From Mobula hypostoma (lineage: Eukaryota), in assembly GCF_963921235.1 (NCBI RefSeq), contig NC_086108.1, positions 78,184,001-78,248,000 on the forward strand: a stretch of DNA of 64,000 bases. Reading direction: 5' to 3'. The notes beneath the pieces are model-generated. The model saw only the letters and a list, made by a program, of their open reading frames with translations, had not been told where the DNA came from and made no database searches. Each line of letters begins with the position of its first letter. Position 1 is the first letter of the stretch. Shown here piece after piece: positions 23,840 to 36,149 of this stretch. The translations under genes were made by a program, and so were the position numbers.

Positions 23840-26797
23840 TCAATATGGTGAAAAAAAAGATAGCATGCAGTCAGACTGTCAGGAAGAACAGGCAGATGAT
23901 GGAACAAAACTGCAGGCAGCAGAGTGAGTATCAGTGCACTAGGGATGCAGATCAAAGAGTAGTAAATACTCAATGCACGGAGTATAAGGAATAAGGTGGA
24001 TGATCTTGTGGCACGATTACAGATTGTTGGGTATGATGTGTTGGCCATCACTTTATTGTGGCTGAAGGATGGTTATAGTTGGGAGCTGAATGTTCAAAGT
24101 TGCCCATTGTATGAGGAGGTGGTATGGCTCTGTTGGTAAAGAATGACATCAAATCGTTGGAAAGATGTAGCATAGGATTGGAAGATCTTGAGTCCATGTG
24201 GGTTGAGTTAAGAAACTGCAAGGGTAAAAGGACCCTGATGGCAGTTATATACAGGCCTCCCAACAGCAGATGAGATATGGGTCACAGATTACAACGGTAA
24301 GTAGAAAAAGTGTGTCAAAAGGGCAATGTTACGAGATTTCAAATGCAGGTCGATTGAAAAATCGGGTTGATAATGGATCTCAAGAGAGTGAACTAGTTGA
24401 TTGCCTCGGAGACGCCTTTTAGAGCAGTTTGTTGTTGTGCCTATTAGGTGATCGGCTATACTGGATTGGGTGTTATGTAATGAACTGCAGGCGATTAGGG
24501 ATCATAAGGAAAATAGCCCTTAGGAGGCAGGGATCACAATATGATTGAGTTCAACTTGAAATTTGATAGGGAGAAAGTAGCAGTAATTCAGTGGAGTAAA
24601 GGAAATTACAGTGGTATGAGAGAGGAGTTGGCCAAAGTAAATTGGAAAGAGAAGCTGGCAGGGATGTCAGCAGAGCAGCAATGGTGTGAGTTTCTGGGGA
24701 AAATGAGGAAGGTGCAGGATAGATCTATTCCAAAAACAAAAATATACTCAAATGGCAAACTAGTACACCCGTGGCTGGAAAGGGAAGTCAAAGCTAATGT
24801 AAAAGCAGAAGAGGGGGAATACAACAAAGCAAAAATTAGCAGGAAGATAGAGGATTGGAAGGCTTTTAAAAACCTACAGAAATGAACTAAAAGGTCACCA
24901 GGAGGGAAAAGATGAAACATGAAAGCAAGGTAGCAACCAATATCAAAGTGGATAGTAAAAGCTTTTTCAAGTATGAAAAAAAAATAAAATAAAAAATAAA
25001 AAGAGAGATGAAAGTGGATATAGGACCACTAGAAAATAACCCTGGAGAAATAATAACAGGGGCCAAGGAGAAGGCAGATGAACTAAATGAGTATTTTGCA
25101 TCAGTCTTCACTGTGAAAGATAATGGCCGTGTGCCTGATGTTGAAGGGTGTGAGGGAGGAGAAGTGAGTGTATTAACTATTACAAGGGAGAAGGTGCTCA
25201 AAAAGCTAAAAGATCTGAGGGTACGTGAGTCACCCAGACTAGATGAGCAGCACCGTAGGGTTGTGAAAGAGGTAACAGTAGAGATTGTAGAGGCATTAGT
25301 AATGAAATTTCAAAAATCGCTGCACTCTGGCATGGTGCAAGGCAATAGAAAAATTGCAAGTGTCACTCCACTCTTTAAGAAAGAAGGAAGGCAGCAGAAA
25401 GGAAATTATAGACCAGTTGGCCTGACCTCAGTGGTTGGGAAGATGTTGGAGGCAGTTGTTAAGGATGAGTTTATGGAATACTTGGTGACACAGGACAAGA
25501 TAGGTGAAAGTCAGCTTGGTTTCCTTAAGGGAAAATCTTGCCTGATAAACCTGTTGGAATTATTTGAGGAGATTACATGTAGGATAGATAAAGGGGTTGC
25601 AGTAGAAATTGTATATTTGGACTTTCAGAAGGCCTTTGACAAGATGCCACACATGAGGCTGCTTACCAAGTTAAGAGCCCATGGTATTACAGGAAAGTTA
25701 CTGACATAGTTAAAGCATTAGCTGATTGGTTGGAGGCAGCGAGTGGAAATAAAAGGATCCTTTTCTGGTTGGCTGCCAGTGACTAGTGGTGTTCCGCACC
25801 AGTCTGTTTTGGGACTGCTTTTTTTATGCTGTATAACAATGATTTTGATGATGAAATAGATTACTTTGTTGCCAAGTTTGCAGATGATATGAAGATTAAT
25901 GGAGAGGCATGTAGTGTTGAGTGCAGAAGGTAGGCTGCAGAAGGACTCAGATTAGGAGAATGGGCAACAGGGTGACAAATGAAATACAATGTTGGAAAAT
26001 GCATGATCAGACACTTTAGTAGTAGAAATAAATCTGTAGACTATTTTCTAAACAGGGAGAAAATCCAAAACTCTGAGATGCAAAGGGACTTGGAAGTCCT
26101 TGTGCAGAACACCCTAAAGGTTACCTTGCAAGTTGTGTTGGTACTGAGGAAAGCAAATGCAATGTTAGCATTCATTTCAAGACATCTAGAGTACAAATGC
26201 AGAGATGTGATGCTGAGGCTTTATAAGGCACTGGTGAGGCTTCACCTTGAGTGTTGCAAACAGATTTGGGCTCCTCATCTAAGAAAACATGTGCTGGCAT
26301 TGGAGTGGGTTCAGAGGAAGTTCACAAAGATGATCCCAGGAATGAAAGGGTTATCATACAAGAAACGTTTGATGGCTCTGGGTCTGTAGTTGCTGGAACC
26401 TAGAAAAATGAGGAGGATCTCATTGAAACATTTCAAATGTTGAAAGGCCTAGACAGAGTTGTTGTGGAAAGGATGTTTCCCATGGTGGGGGAGTCTCGGA
26501 CAAAAGGGCACAGCCTTAGGAAAGAGGGGCATCCATTTAAAATAGAGATGTGGAGAAATTTCTTTAACCAGAGGGTTGTGAATTTGTGGAATTTGTTAGC
26601 ACAGGCAGCTGTGTCATTGGATGTATTTAAGGCAGAGACTGAAAGGTTCTTGATTGGAGTTGGCATCAAAGGTTACAAGGAGAAGGCTGGGCAGTAAGGG
26701 TGAGGAGGGGAACAAAGGCTTAGCCATGTCTAAATGGCAGAGAAGACTCGATGGGCCAAATGGACTAATTCTATTCCTATGTCTTATGGTCTTATGG
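23840..26797 (+). mobile_element. CR1 ORF2 (APE-RT) pseudogene with 3' tail
   Basis: APE remnants (NARSIRNKVDDL, VIYRPP), RT (GNYRPVGLTSVVGK, YLDFQKAFDKMPH, FADD), tail cctatgtcttatggtcttatggtc. Confidence 0.92.
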
Positions 26798-27289
26798 TCA
26801 ATATTGATTCCTCTTAAAAATGGCCGGACCCTAGGTCCGCAAATCTCTGCGACTCTGCTGGGGAAGTCAAAGGTCCGATATCTGCAAATCCACCTGTCCG
26901 CTGGAGGCTGAAAGGACGGGTTCAGGGGAGAGAAAGTGTGTGTGTAAGGCAGTGAAAGCCAATTCATTAAATGTATTCAAGAAGGTATTAGATTAATTTC
27001 TCATTGTTAAAGGGACCAAAGGATTTAGGGAGAAGAAATGAACAAGGTATTGAGTTGGATGTTCAGCTTTGATGGTGTTGAATTTTGGAGGAACCCTGAA
27101 GGGATGAATGACATTTTCTGTCTTGCTATCTTAGTTTTGATGTTTATGTTCAAGATATTATCTAGGGTTATTACTTCATAATTCATAACTTTTAAACACC
27201 TTAGTGGAATATGCTGTCTGCCTTCTCTTAAAACAAATCAGCCTAAGGCCAACTCGGCTAAATAAAAGCTAGAAGTTCTCATAAGGCCG

Positions 27290-30200
27290 ATCCTGTCCAT
27301 CCTGTCAGCTTGTTCAAGTCTGGCCATTCTCCTCTGACCTCTCTCATTAACAGGGTGTTGATCCTGACAGAATTGCCACTCAGTGGGTTTGTTTTGTGTT
27401 TATTGTACCATTCTCTGTAAACTCCAGAGATAGTTGTGCATGAAAACCTCAGGAGAGAGTATTTTCTGAGATATTCAAGCTACCCATCTGGAATCAATAG
27501 TCATTCCACAGTCAAAGTCACAGATCACTGCATCGTAGCTGAAATGAGGCCATAGTTTAACATTAGAGGATGCACTTTGTATTGAAAGGACAGGCAGGAA
27601 GGCATAGGCAGTGGCGTGGCTCTGTTGGTAAGAGATGAAATTACATCTTTAGAAAGAGATGACGTGTTGAATCTTTGTGGGTGGAATTAAAAAACTGCAA
27701 GGGTAAAAAAAATTATGGGAATCATATATAGGCCTCCAAATAGTAGCCAAGATGTGGGGTTGAGATTGCAAAGGGAGCTGGAAAAGGCATCTAATAAGGA
27801 TAATGCCACAATTGTAATGAGAGACTGCAATATACAAGGGGATTGAGAAAATCCTGTTGATGTCTGATTGCAAGCGAGGGAATTTGTTGAATACCTATGA
27901 GATGGCTATTTAGAGCAGCTTGTGCTTGAGCCTACTAGGGGAAAGGCTACCTTAGAATGGATGTTATGAAATAACATGTGTTATTACACAACCCAAATCT
28001 TATTAGGGAGCTTAACGTAAAGGAACCCATAGGAGACAGTGATCATAATATGATTGAATTCATACTGCAATTTGTGATAGAGAAGCATAAGTGATATATA
28101 TCAATATCTCAATGGAATAAAGGGAAGTTACAGAGGCATGAGAGAGGAGCTTGCCCAGGTAGATTGGAGGAGGATACTGACAGCAGAGCAGAGATGGCAG
28201 AAGTTTTTCGGAATAGTTCACGAGGCACAGGATAGATCTCAAATGGCAGGGGTAGGCAACCATAGCTGAAAAGGGAAGTTAATAACTGCATAAAAGCCGT
28301 GGAAGGTGCATATGATGTAGCAAAACTGAGTGGGAAGTTCGATGATTGGGAGGCTTTTAAAATCCAACAAAGGGCAACTAAAAAAGCTTTAAGAAGAGAA
28401 AAGATGAAATGTGAGGGCAAACTAGCTAATAATATAAAGCAGGATACTAAAAGTGTGTTTCAGTTCCATAAAGAGTAAAAGGGAGGTGAGAGTTGATATT
28501 GGACCGCTGGAAAATGATGCTGGTGAGGTAGTAATGGGGGACAAAGAAATGGCAGATGAACTTAATGAGTACTTTGCATCTGTCTTCACTGTGGAAGACA
28601 CTAGCAGTCCTAGAATGTCAGGGAGCAGGAGTGGATGCCATTGCTATCACAAAGGAAAAAGTGCTACGCAAACTCTAGGGTCTTAAGTCACCTGGATCAG
28701 ATGGACTACATCCCAGAGTCCTGAGAGAGGTTGCTGAAGAGATAACATGCATTGATCATGATCTTTCAAGGATCACTTGATTCTGGCATAGTCCTGGAGG
28801 ACTGGAAGATTGCAAATGTCACTCCACTCTTTAAGAAGGGAGGAAGGCAAAAGAAAGAAAATTATAGGCTAGTTGCCTAACTTCAGTGATTGGGAAAGTG
28901 TTGGAATCTATTATTAAGGATGAGATTTTGGGGTACTTGGAGACTAAGGATAAAATAAGTCAAAGTCAGCTTGCTTTCTGTAAAGTGAAACCTTGCCTGA
29001 CAAATTTGGTAAGAGTTATTTGAGGAAGTAACAGGCAGAGTAGACAAAGGAGAGGCAGTGGATGTCATTTGCTTGGACTTTCAGAAGGCATTTGATAGGG
29101 TGCCACACATGAAGCTGCTTAACAAGATAAAATCCTATGGCATTACAGGAAAGATACTGGCATGGATGAAGAAATGGCTGACAGGCAGGAGGCGTCAAGT
29201 GGGAATAAACGGGCCTTTTCTGGTTGGCTGCCATTTTGACTAGTGGCGTTCCTCAGGGGTCCATATTGGGACCACTACTTTTCACATGGTTTGTCAATGA
29301 CTTGGATAATGGAATTCATGGCTTTGTGGCAGAGTTTGCTGATGATACAAAGATAGGTGGAGGGGTAGGAAGTGCTGAGGAAGCAAAATGATTGCAGCAG
29401 GACTTAGACAAATTGGAAGAATGGGTAAAAAAGTGGCAGATGGAATACAGTGTTGGGAAATGTATGATGATGCATTTTGGTAAAAGGAACAACAGTGCGG
29501 ACTATTATCTAATTCAGACATCAGAGGTGCAGAGGGATTTGGGATTCCCAGAAGGTTAATTTACAAGTTCAGTTTGTGGTAAAGATGGCAAGTGCAATGT
29601 TGGCACTTATTTCAAGGGGAATGGAATACAAAAGCAAGGAGATAATGCTGACCCTTTATAAGACCCTAGTCAGGCCACACTTGGAGTATTGTCAACAGTT
29701 TTGGGCCCCATATCTCAGAAAGCATGTGTTGTCATTGGAGAGAGTCCAGAGGATGATTCAGGAATGAAGGGGTTAACATATAAGGAGCGTTTTGGCAGCT
29801 TTGTGCTTGTACTCACTGAAATTTAGAAGAAAGTGGGTGCGATCTCATTGAAATCTACTGAATGTTGAAAGAACTGGATAGAGTGGATGTGGAGAAGAAA
29901 TTTCCTGTGGTGTGGGTATCCAGAACTAGAGAGCACAGCTTCAAAATTGAGGGGGTGACCTTTTAGAACAGAGGTAAGGAGGAATTTTTTTTTTAGCCAG
30001 AGAGTAGCGAATCTGTGGAATGCTCTGCCACGGACCGCGGTGGAGGCCAAGTGTGTGTGTGTGTATATAAAAAGCGGAAGTTGTTTGTTGCCCCAACCAG
30101 TCAGGAAACTAAGTATATGGCAAGAAGGCGGGTGTATTGGGTTGAGTGGGATCCGGGATCAGCCATGATGGAATGGCGGAGCAGATTCAATGGTCTGAAT

Positions 30201-30371
30201 GACCTAATTCTCCTCCTATGTCTTATCACATTTCTTCTCGCATTCTGATGTTTGAATTGAACCTCTTGACCATGCTTTTATGTATTGAGTTGCTGCCATA
30301 TGATTGTCTAATTTGGTATTTGCATTAACAAACGGATGTACAGGTGTACCTAATAAAGTGTTCACTGAGTG
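27290..30371. mobile_element. Tc1-like non-autonomous remnant (27290-27528 and 30225-30371) interrupted by CR1
   Basis: Terminus ..caggtgtacctaataaagtgttcactgagtg followed by TA (30372-30373) resembles Tc1-type TIRs. atcac is duplicated on both sides of the CR1 (27524-27528, 30225-30229). Confidence 0.6.
27529..30224 (+). mobile_element. CR1 ORF2 pseudogene with 3' tail
   Basis: IYRPPNS, DSDHNMIEF, ADELNEYFASVFT, DVICLDFQKAFDRVPH, LVRPHLEYC. Tail ctcctatgtctta. Confidence 0.9.
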
Positions 30372-31241
30372 TATACACTTCCTTTTCAGTGCTCTTAGAA
30401 TACTAATCTGGCTACACTACAGTATAGTCAATACAAGTATGTATGATTGTAACAAGTAACAACAGAGCTGTAAATGAGTGAGACCTGAAATCGAAAGGAG
30501 AAGGCTGGAAATGCCCAGGAGATCGGGCAGTGTAGGTGGAGAGAGAAAAGCTGTCAATATTGCAAATTGGTAATCTTGCATTAGAATTGGTCAGTTCTGA
30601 TTCAAATTGTAAAAGTTTTTAAATGCCAGGCTACTCAGGAATAAATTGATTTAAGTAAAATGGAGAGAGTGAGAGTGTAGTTATGAGAATGTGACATAGA
30701 TTCTCTGATCATTCATGCATTTTGCAGTCTACGAGACTGTTGTGTGCAAGTGGGGTATCCTTTTTGCTTACAAAATAACAGATGATCCAGGTGCACATAT
30801 GCAGCAGCCTTTGCATGGGAAATGAGGCTTGGGAAATCTCCCATAGGGTAAATTAAAAATAAAAGGAACAGCTGTCCCCCTGTCTTCTACATCTCATATC
30901 TGCTGGCTGCATATGGCACGGGCTAGATTCCAATTTAAACTGGGATGTAGGCTGTGTGACTAAGTTACTAGTTGTGGTCAATCCGTACCACATGTAGGCA
31001 GCTCACATGGGAAGTTATAGGCGGCCTTCACCTTAGGTGTGGAGAGAGCTGTGCTGGCCTCAGTTCCACAGATGGAGTAGCCCCGCTCTCTGCCATGCAC
31101 ATGCAGCAACTACATACGGAAAGCATCCTGTTAGATTACTACTTCAAACAATTGCTAGTTGAAGTGCACAGAATCTGTTGTGAGCATCTCTTGGAACTAC
31201 AGCATAGGGAAAGAGGGAAACATAGCTTTACCAGAAGGATA

Positions 31242-33097
31242 ACGCAAACAACAGGAATTCTGCAGATGCTGGAAATTCAAGCAACATACATCAAAGTTGC
31301 TGGTGAACGCAGCAGGCCAGGCAGCATCTATAGGAAGAGGCGCAGTCGACGTTTCAGGCCGAGACCCTTCGTCTGGACTAACTGAAGGAAGAGTGAGTAA
31401 GGGATTTGAAAGTTGGAGGGGGAGGGGGAGATGCAAAATGATAGGAGAAGACAGGAGGGGGAGGGATAGAGCCAAGAGCTGGACAGGTGATAGGCAAAAG
31501 GGGATACGAGAGGATCATGGGACAGGAGGTCCGGGAAGAAAGACAAGGGGGGGGGTGACCCAGAGGATGGGCAAGGGGTATAGTCAGAGGGACAGAGGGA
31601 GAAAAAGGAGAGTGAGAGAAAGAATGTGTGCATAAAAATGAGTAACAGATGGGGTACGAAGGGGAGGTGGGGCCTTAGCGGAAGTTAGAGAAGTCGATGT
31701 TCATACCATCAGGTTGGAGGCTACCCAAACGGAATATAAGGTGTTGTTCCTCCAACCTGAGTGTGGCTTCATCTCCACAGTAGAGGAGGCCGTGGACAGA
31801 CATGTCAGAATGGGAATGGGATGTGGAATTAAAATATATGGCCACTGGGAGATCCTGCTTTCTCTGGCGGATAGAGCGTAGATGTTCAGCAAAGCGGTCT
31901 CCCAGTCTGCGTCAGGTCTCACCAATATATAGAAGGCCACATCGGGAGCACCGGATGCAGTATATCACCCCAGTCGACTCACAGGTGAAGTGATGCCTCA
32001 CCTGGAAGGACTGTTTGGGGCCCTGAATGGTGGTAAGGGAGGAAGTGTAAGGGCATGTGTAGCATTTGTTCCGCTTACACGGATAAGTGCCAGGAGGGAG
32101 ATCAGTGGGGAGGGATGGGGGGGGACGAATGGACAAGGGAGTTGTGTAGGGAGCGATCCCTGCGGAATGCAGAGGGGGGAGGGAAAGATGTGCTTAGTGG
32201 TGGGATCCTGTTGGAGGTGGCGGAAGTTACGGAGAATAATATGTTGGACCCGGAGGCTGGTGGGGTGGTAGGTGAGGACCAAGGGAACCCTATTCCTAGT
32301 GGGGTGGTGGGAGGATGGAGTGAGAGCAGATGTACGTGAAATGGGGGAGATACGTTTAAGAGCAGAGTTGATAGTGGAGGAAGGGAAGCCCCTTTCTTTA
32401 AAAAAGGAAGACATCTCCCTCGTCCTAGAATGAAAAGCCTCATCCTGAGAGCAGATGCGGCGGAGACGGAGGAATTGAGAGAAGGGGATGGCGTTTTTGC
32501 AAGAGACAGGGTGAGAAGAGGAATAGTCCAGATAGCTGTGAGAGTCAGTAGGCTTATAGTAGACATCAGTGGATAAGCTGTCTCCAGAGACAGAGACAGA
32601 AAGATCTAGAAAGGGGAGGGAGGTGTCGGAAATGGACCAGGTAAACTTGAGGGCAGGGTGAAAGTTGGAGGCAAAGTTAATAAAGTCAACGAGTTCTGCA
32701 TGCGTGCAGGAAGCAGCGCCAATGCAGTCGTCGATGTAGCGAAGGAAAAGTGGGGGACAGATACCAGAATAGGCACGGAACATAGATTGTTCCACAAACC
32801 CAACAAAAAGGCAGGCATAGCTCGGACCCATACGGGTGCCCATAGCTACACCTTTAGTTTGGAGGAAATGGGAGGAGCCAAAGGAGAAATTATTAAGAGT
32901 AAGGACTAATTCCGCTAGACGGAGCAGAGTGGTGGTAGAGAGGAACTGATTAGGTCTGGAATCCAAAAAGAAGCGTAGAGCTTTGAGACCTTCCTGATGG
33001 GGGATGGAAGTATATAAGGACTGGACATCCATGGTGAAAATAAAGCGGTGGGGGCCAGGGAACTTAAAATCATCGAAAAGTTTAAGAGCGTGAGAAG
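31242..33097 (-). mobile_element. Penelope-like element (Neptune-type), left inverted arm, 5'-truncated within RT
   Basis: Reverse complement of 33574-35384 plus ~45 extra terminal nt. TMDVQSLYTSIP, QTKGVAMG, LRYIDD, CKRNKCYTC, GVIY..YIGET. Confidence 0.95.
31344..31379 (-). ncRNA. Minimal hammerhead ribozyme, core-mutated (CAGACGA)
   Basis: Same as 35292-35327 except U4>A (position 31374). Confidence 0.65.
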
Positions 33098-34996
33098 CAT
33101 CAACCGTCTCGACTTCACCGCACCTTGTCCCCATTCCAACCTCACTCCTTCGGAACGCTCTGCTCTCCACTCCCTCCGCACTAATCCTAACCTTATTATT
33201 AAACCCGCCGATAAGGGGGGTGCTGTTGTAGTCTGGCGTACTGACCTCTACCTTGCCAAGGCAGAGCGACAACTCACGGATACCTCCTCTTATTTACCCC
33301 TCGATCGTGACCCCACTAAGGAGCACCAGGCCATTGTCTCCCACACCATCACCGACTTTATCCGCTCAGGGGATCTCCCATCCACTGCTACCAACCTTAT
33401 ACTTCCCACACCCCGCACTTCCCGTTTCTACCTCCTACCCAAGATCCACAAACCTGCCTGTCCTGGCCGACCTATTGTCTCAGCTTGCTCCTGCCCCACC
33501 GAACTCATTTCTGCATACCTCGACACTGTTTTATCACCCCTTGTTCAATCTCTTCCGACCTATGTTCGTGACACTTCTCACGCTCTTAAACTTTTCGATG
33601 ATTTTAAGTTCCCTGGCCCCCACCGCTTTATTTTCACCATGGATGTCCAGTCCTTATATACTTCCATCCCCCATCAGGAAGGTCTCAAAGCTCTACGCTT
33701 CTTTTTGGATTCCAGACCTAATCAGTTCCCCTCTACCACCACTCTGCTCCGTCTAGCGGAATTAGTTCTTACTCTTAATAATTTCTCCTTTGGCTCCTCC
33801 CATTTCCTCCAAACTAAAGGTGTAGCTATGGGCACCCGTATGAGTCCTAGCTATGCCTGCCTTTTTGTTGGGTTTGTGGAACAATCTATGTTCCGTGCCT
33901 ATTCTGGTATCTGTCCCCCACTTTTCCTTCGCTACATCGACGACTGCATTGGCGCTGCTTCCTGCACGCATGCAGAACTCGTTGACTTTATTAACTTTGC
34001 CTCCAACTTTCACCCTGCCCTCAAGTTTACCTGGTCCATTTCCGACACCTCCCTCCCCTTTCTAGATCTTTCTGTCTCTGTCTCTGGAGACAGCTTATCC
34101 ACTGATGTCTACTATAAGCCTACTGACTCTCACAGCTATCTGGACTATTCCTCTTCTCACCCTGTCTCTTGCAAAAACGCCATCCCCTTCTCTCAATTCC
34201 TCCGTCTCCGCCGCATCTGCTCTCAGGATGAGGCTTTTCATTCTAGGACGAGGGAGATGTCTTCCTTTTTTAAAGAAAGGGGCTTCCCTTCCTCCACTAT
34301 CAACTCTGCTCTTAAACGTATCTCCCCCATTTCACGTACATCTGCTCTCACTCCATCCTCCCACCACCCCACTAGGAATAGGGTTCCCTTGGTCCTCACC
34401 TACCACCCCACCAGCCTCCGGGTCCAACATATTATTCTCCGTAACTTCCGCCACCTCCAACAGGATCCCACCACTAAGCACATCTTTCCCTCCCCCCTCT
34501 GCATTCCGCAGGGATCGCTCCCTACACAACTCCCTTGTCCATTCGTCCCCCCCCATCCCTCCCCACTGATCTCCCTCCTGGCACTTATCCGTGTAAGCGG
34601 AACAAATGCTACACATGCCCTTACACTTCCTCCCTTACCACCATTCAGGGCCCCAAACAGTCCTTCCAGGTGAGGCATCACTTCACCTGTGAGTCGACTG
34701 GGGTGATATACTGCGTCTGGTGCTCCCGATGCGGCCTTTTATATATTGGTGAGACCCGATGCAGACTGGGAGACCGCTTTGCTGAACATCTACGCTCTGT
34801 CCGCCAGAGAAAGCAGGATCTCTCAGTGGTCACATATTTTAATTCCACATCCCATTCCCATTCTGACATGTCTGTCCACGGCCTCCTCTACTGTGGAGAT
34901 GAAGCCACACTCAGGTTGGAGGAACAACACCTTATATTCCGTCTGGGTAGCCTCCAACCTGATGGTATGAACATCGACTTCTCTAACTTCCGCTAA
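33098..34996 (+). pseudogene. PLE reverse transcriptase / GIY-YIG endonuclease polyprotein (no native start, two frameshifts)
   Basis: IIKPADKGGAVVVW, FYLLPKIHK, GRPIVS, TMDVQSLYTSIP, QTKGVAMG, LRYIDD, PFLDL, YYKPTD. After shifts at ~34495 and ~34550: CKRNKCYTC and GVIYCVWCSRCGLLYIGETRCRLGDRFAEH..GMN. Stop at 34994-34996. Confidence 0.93.
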
Positions 34997-35291
34997 GGCC
35001 CCACCTCCCCTTCGTACCCCATCTGTTACTCATTTTTATGCACATATTCTTTCTCTCACTCTCCTTTTTCTCCCTCTGTCCCTCTGAATATACCTCTTGC
35101 CCATCCTCTGGGTCACCCCCCCCCTTGTCTTTCTTCCTGGACCTCCTGTCCCATGATCCTCTCGTATCCCCTTTTGCCTATCACCTGTCCAGCTCTCGGC
35201 TCTATCCCTCCCCCTCCTGTCTTCTCCTATCATTTTGGATCTCCCCCTCCCCCTCCAACTTTCAAATCCCTTACTCACTCTTCCTTCAGTT

Positions 35292-35327
35292 AGTCCTGAC
35301 GAAGGGTCTCGGCCTGAAACGTCGACT
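35292..35327 (+). ncRNA. Minimal type I hammerhead ribozyme (intact core; predicted cleavage after GUC at 35323)
   Basis: Stem I AGTC(35292-95)/GACT(35324-27), CTGACGA (35296-302), extra A, stem II GGGT-CTCG-GCCT, GAAA (35316-19), palindromic ACGT in place of helix III. Confidence 0.82.
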
Positions 35328-35717
35328 GCACCTCTTTCTATAGATGCTGCCTGGCCTGCTGCGTTCACCAGCAACTTTGATGTAGTTTACCAGAATGATA
35401 CTCAGTTTAAATGCTTTGTGGAGTGATTACGCAAACTGGTGTTGTATTTACTTGATAGAGAAAAAGATGAGGGCATTTGACCAAAGTTTGCAAGGCATTT
35501 CAGAGAGCCTTACACTGTATATAAAGAGGATCTATTTCCAGTGATTGGGGAGTTCAGAACTAAAGTGAGCCAGCCAAGAATGTCATTAATTAAACTTTCC
35601 TATGCATAAATGATAACAAACATTTGGAGTGCTAGTAATTAACGTGAAGTAAGTTGTTAAGTTTAAATGTAAGATCTATAGTGTTTCCTTAGCCAAAACT
35701 CAACATACTTTAGCTGG

Positions 35718-36087
35718 CAAAACACATAAAAGTTGCTGGTGAACGCAGCAGGCCAGGCAGCATCAAAAGGAAGAGGTACCCCCCCCCCCTTTCTTTCTCC
35801 TTAGGCCTCCTGTCCCATGATCCTCTCGTATCTCTTTTGCCAATCAACTGTCTGGCTCTTGGCTCCATCCCTCCCCCTCCTGTCTTCTCCTATCATTTTG
35901 GATCTCCCCCTCCCACTTTCAAATCTCTTACTAGCAATTCTTTCAGTTAGTCCTGACAAAGGGTCTCGGCCTGAAACGTCAACTGTACCTCTTTCGATAG
36001 ATGTTGCCTGGCCTGCTGCATTCACCAGCAACTTTTATGTGTGTTGCTTGAAATTCCAGCATCTGCAGATTTCCTCGTGGTTGCGTG
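35718..36087. mobile_element. Fold-back Penelope-like insertion of a related subfamily
   Basis: Perfect 13-bp TSD atactttagctgg at 35705-35717 and 36088-36100. Short minus arm 35718-~35779, plus arm ~35780-36087 with a mutated hammerhead (CTGACAA) at 35949-35984. Confidence 0.88.
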
Positions 36088-36149
36088 ATACTTTAGCTGG
36101 ATTATGGGGCCAAGGTACCTGGAATAGGTTATTGATCGGCTTATCCAAA

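Larger units (their letters stand above)
33098..35384 (+). mobile_element. Penelope-like element (Neptune-type), right arm, 5'-truncated just upstream of RT
   Basis: RT + Cys linker + GIY-YIG coding region, 3' UTR and hammerhead. Confidence 0.95.

Noticed and set aside
31998..33272. 424-aa minus-strand ORF as a novel fusion protein
   Set aside because: The first ~58 aa are antisense of the spacer RT sequence, and the open frame across the junction appears fortuitous.
33048..34673. 541-aa ORF as an intact gene
   Set aside because: It starts at a GTG in the antisense strand of the left arm and reads across the inversion junction. Its C-terminus is out of frame after ~34495. It is a truncated PLE RT, not a complete CDS.
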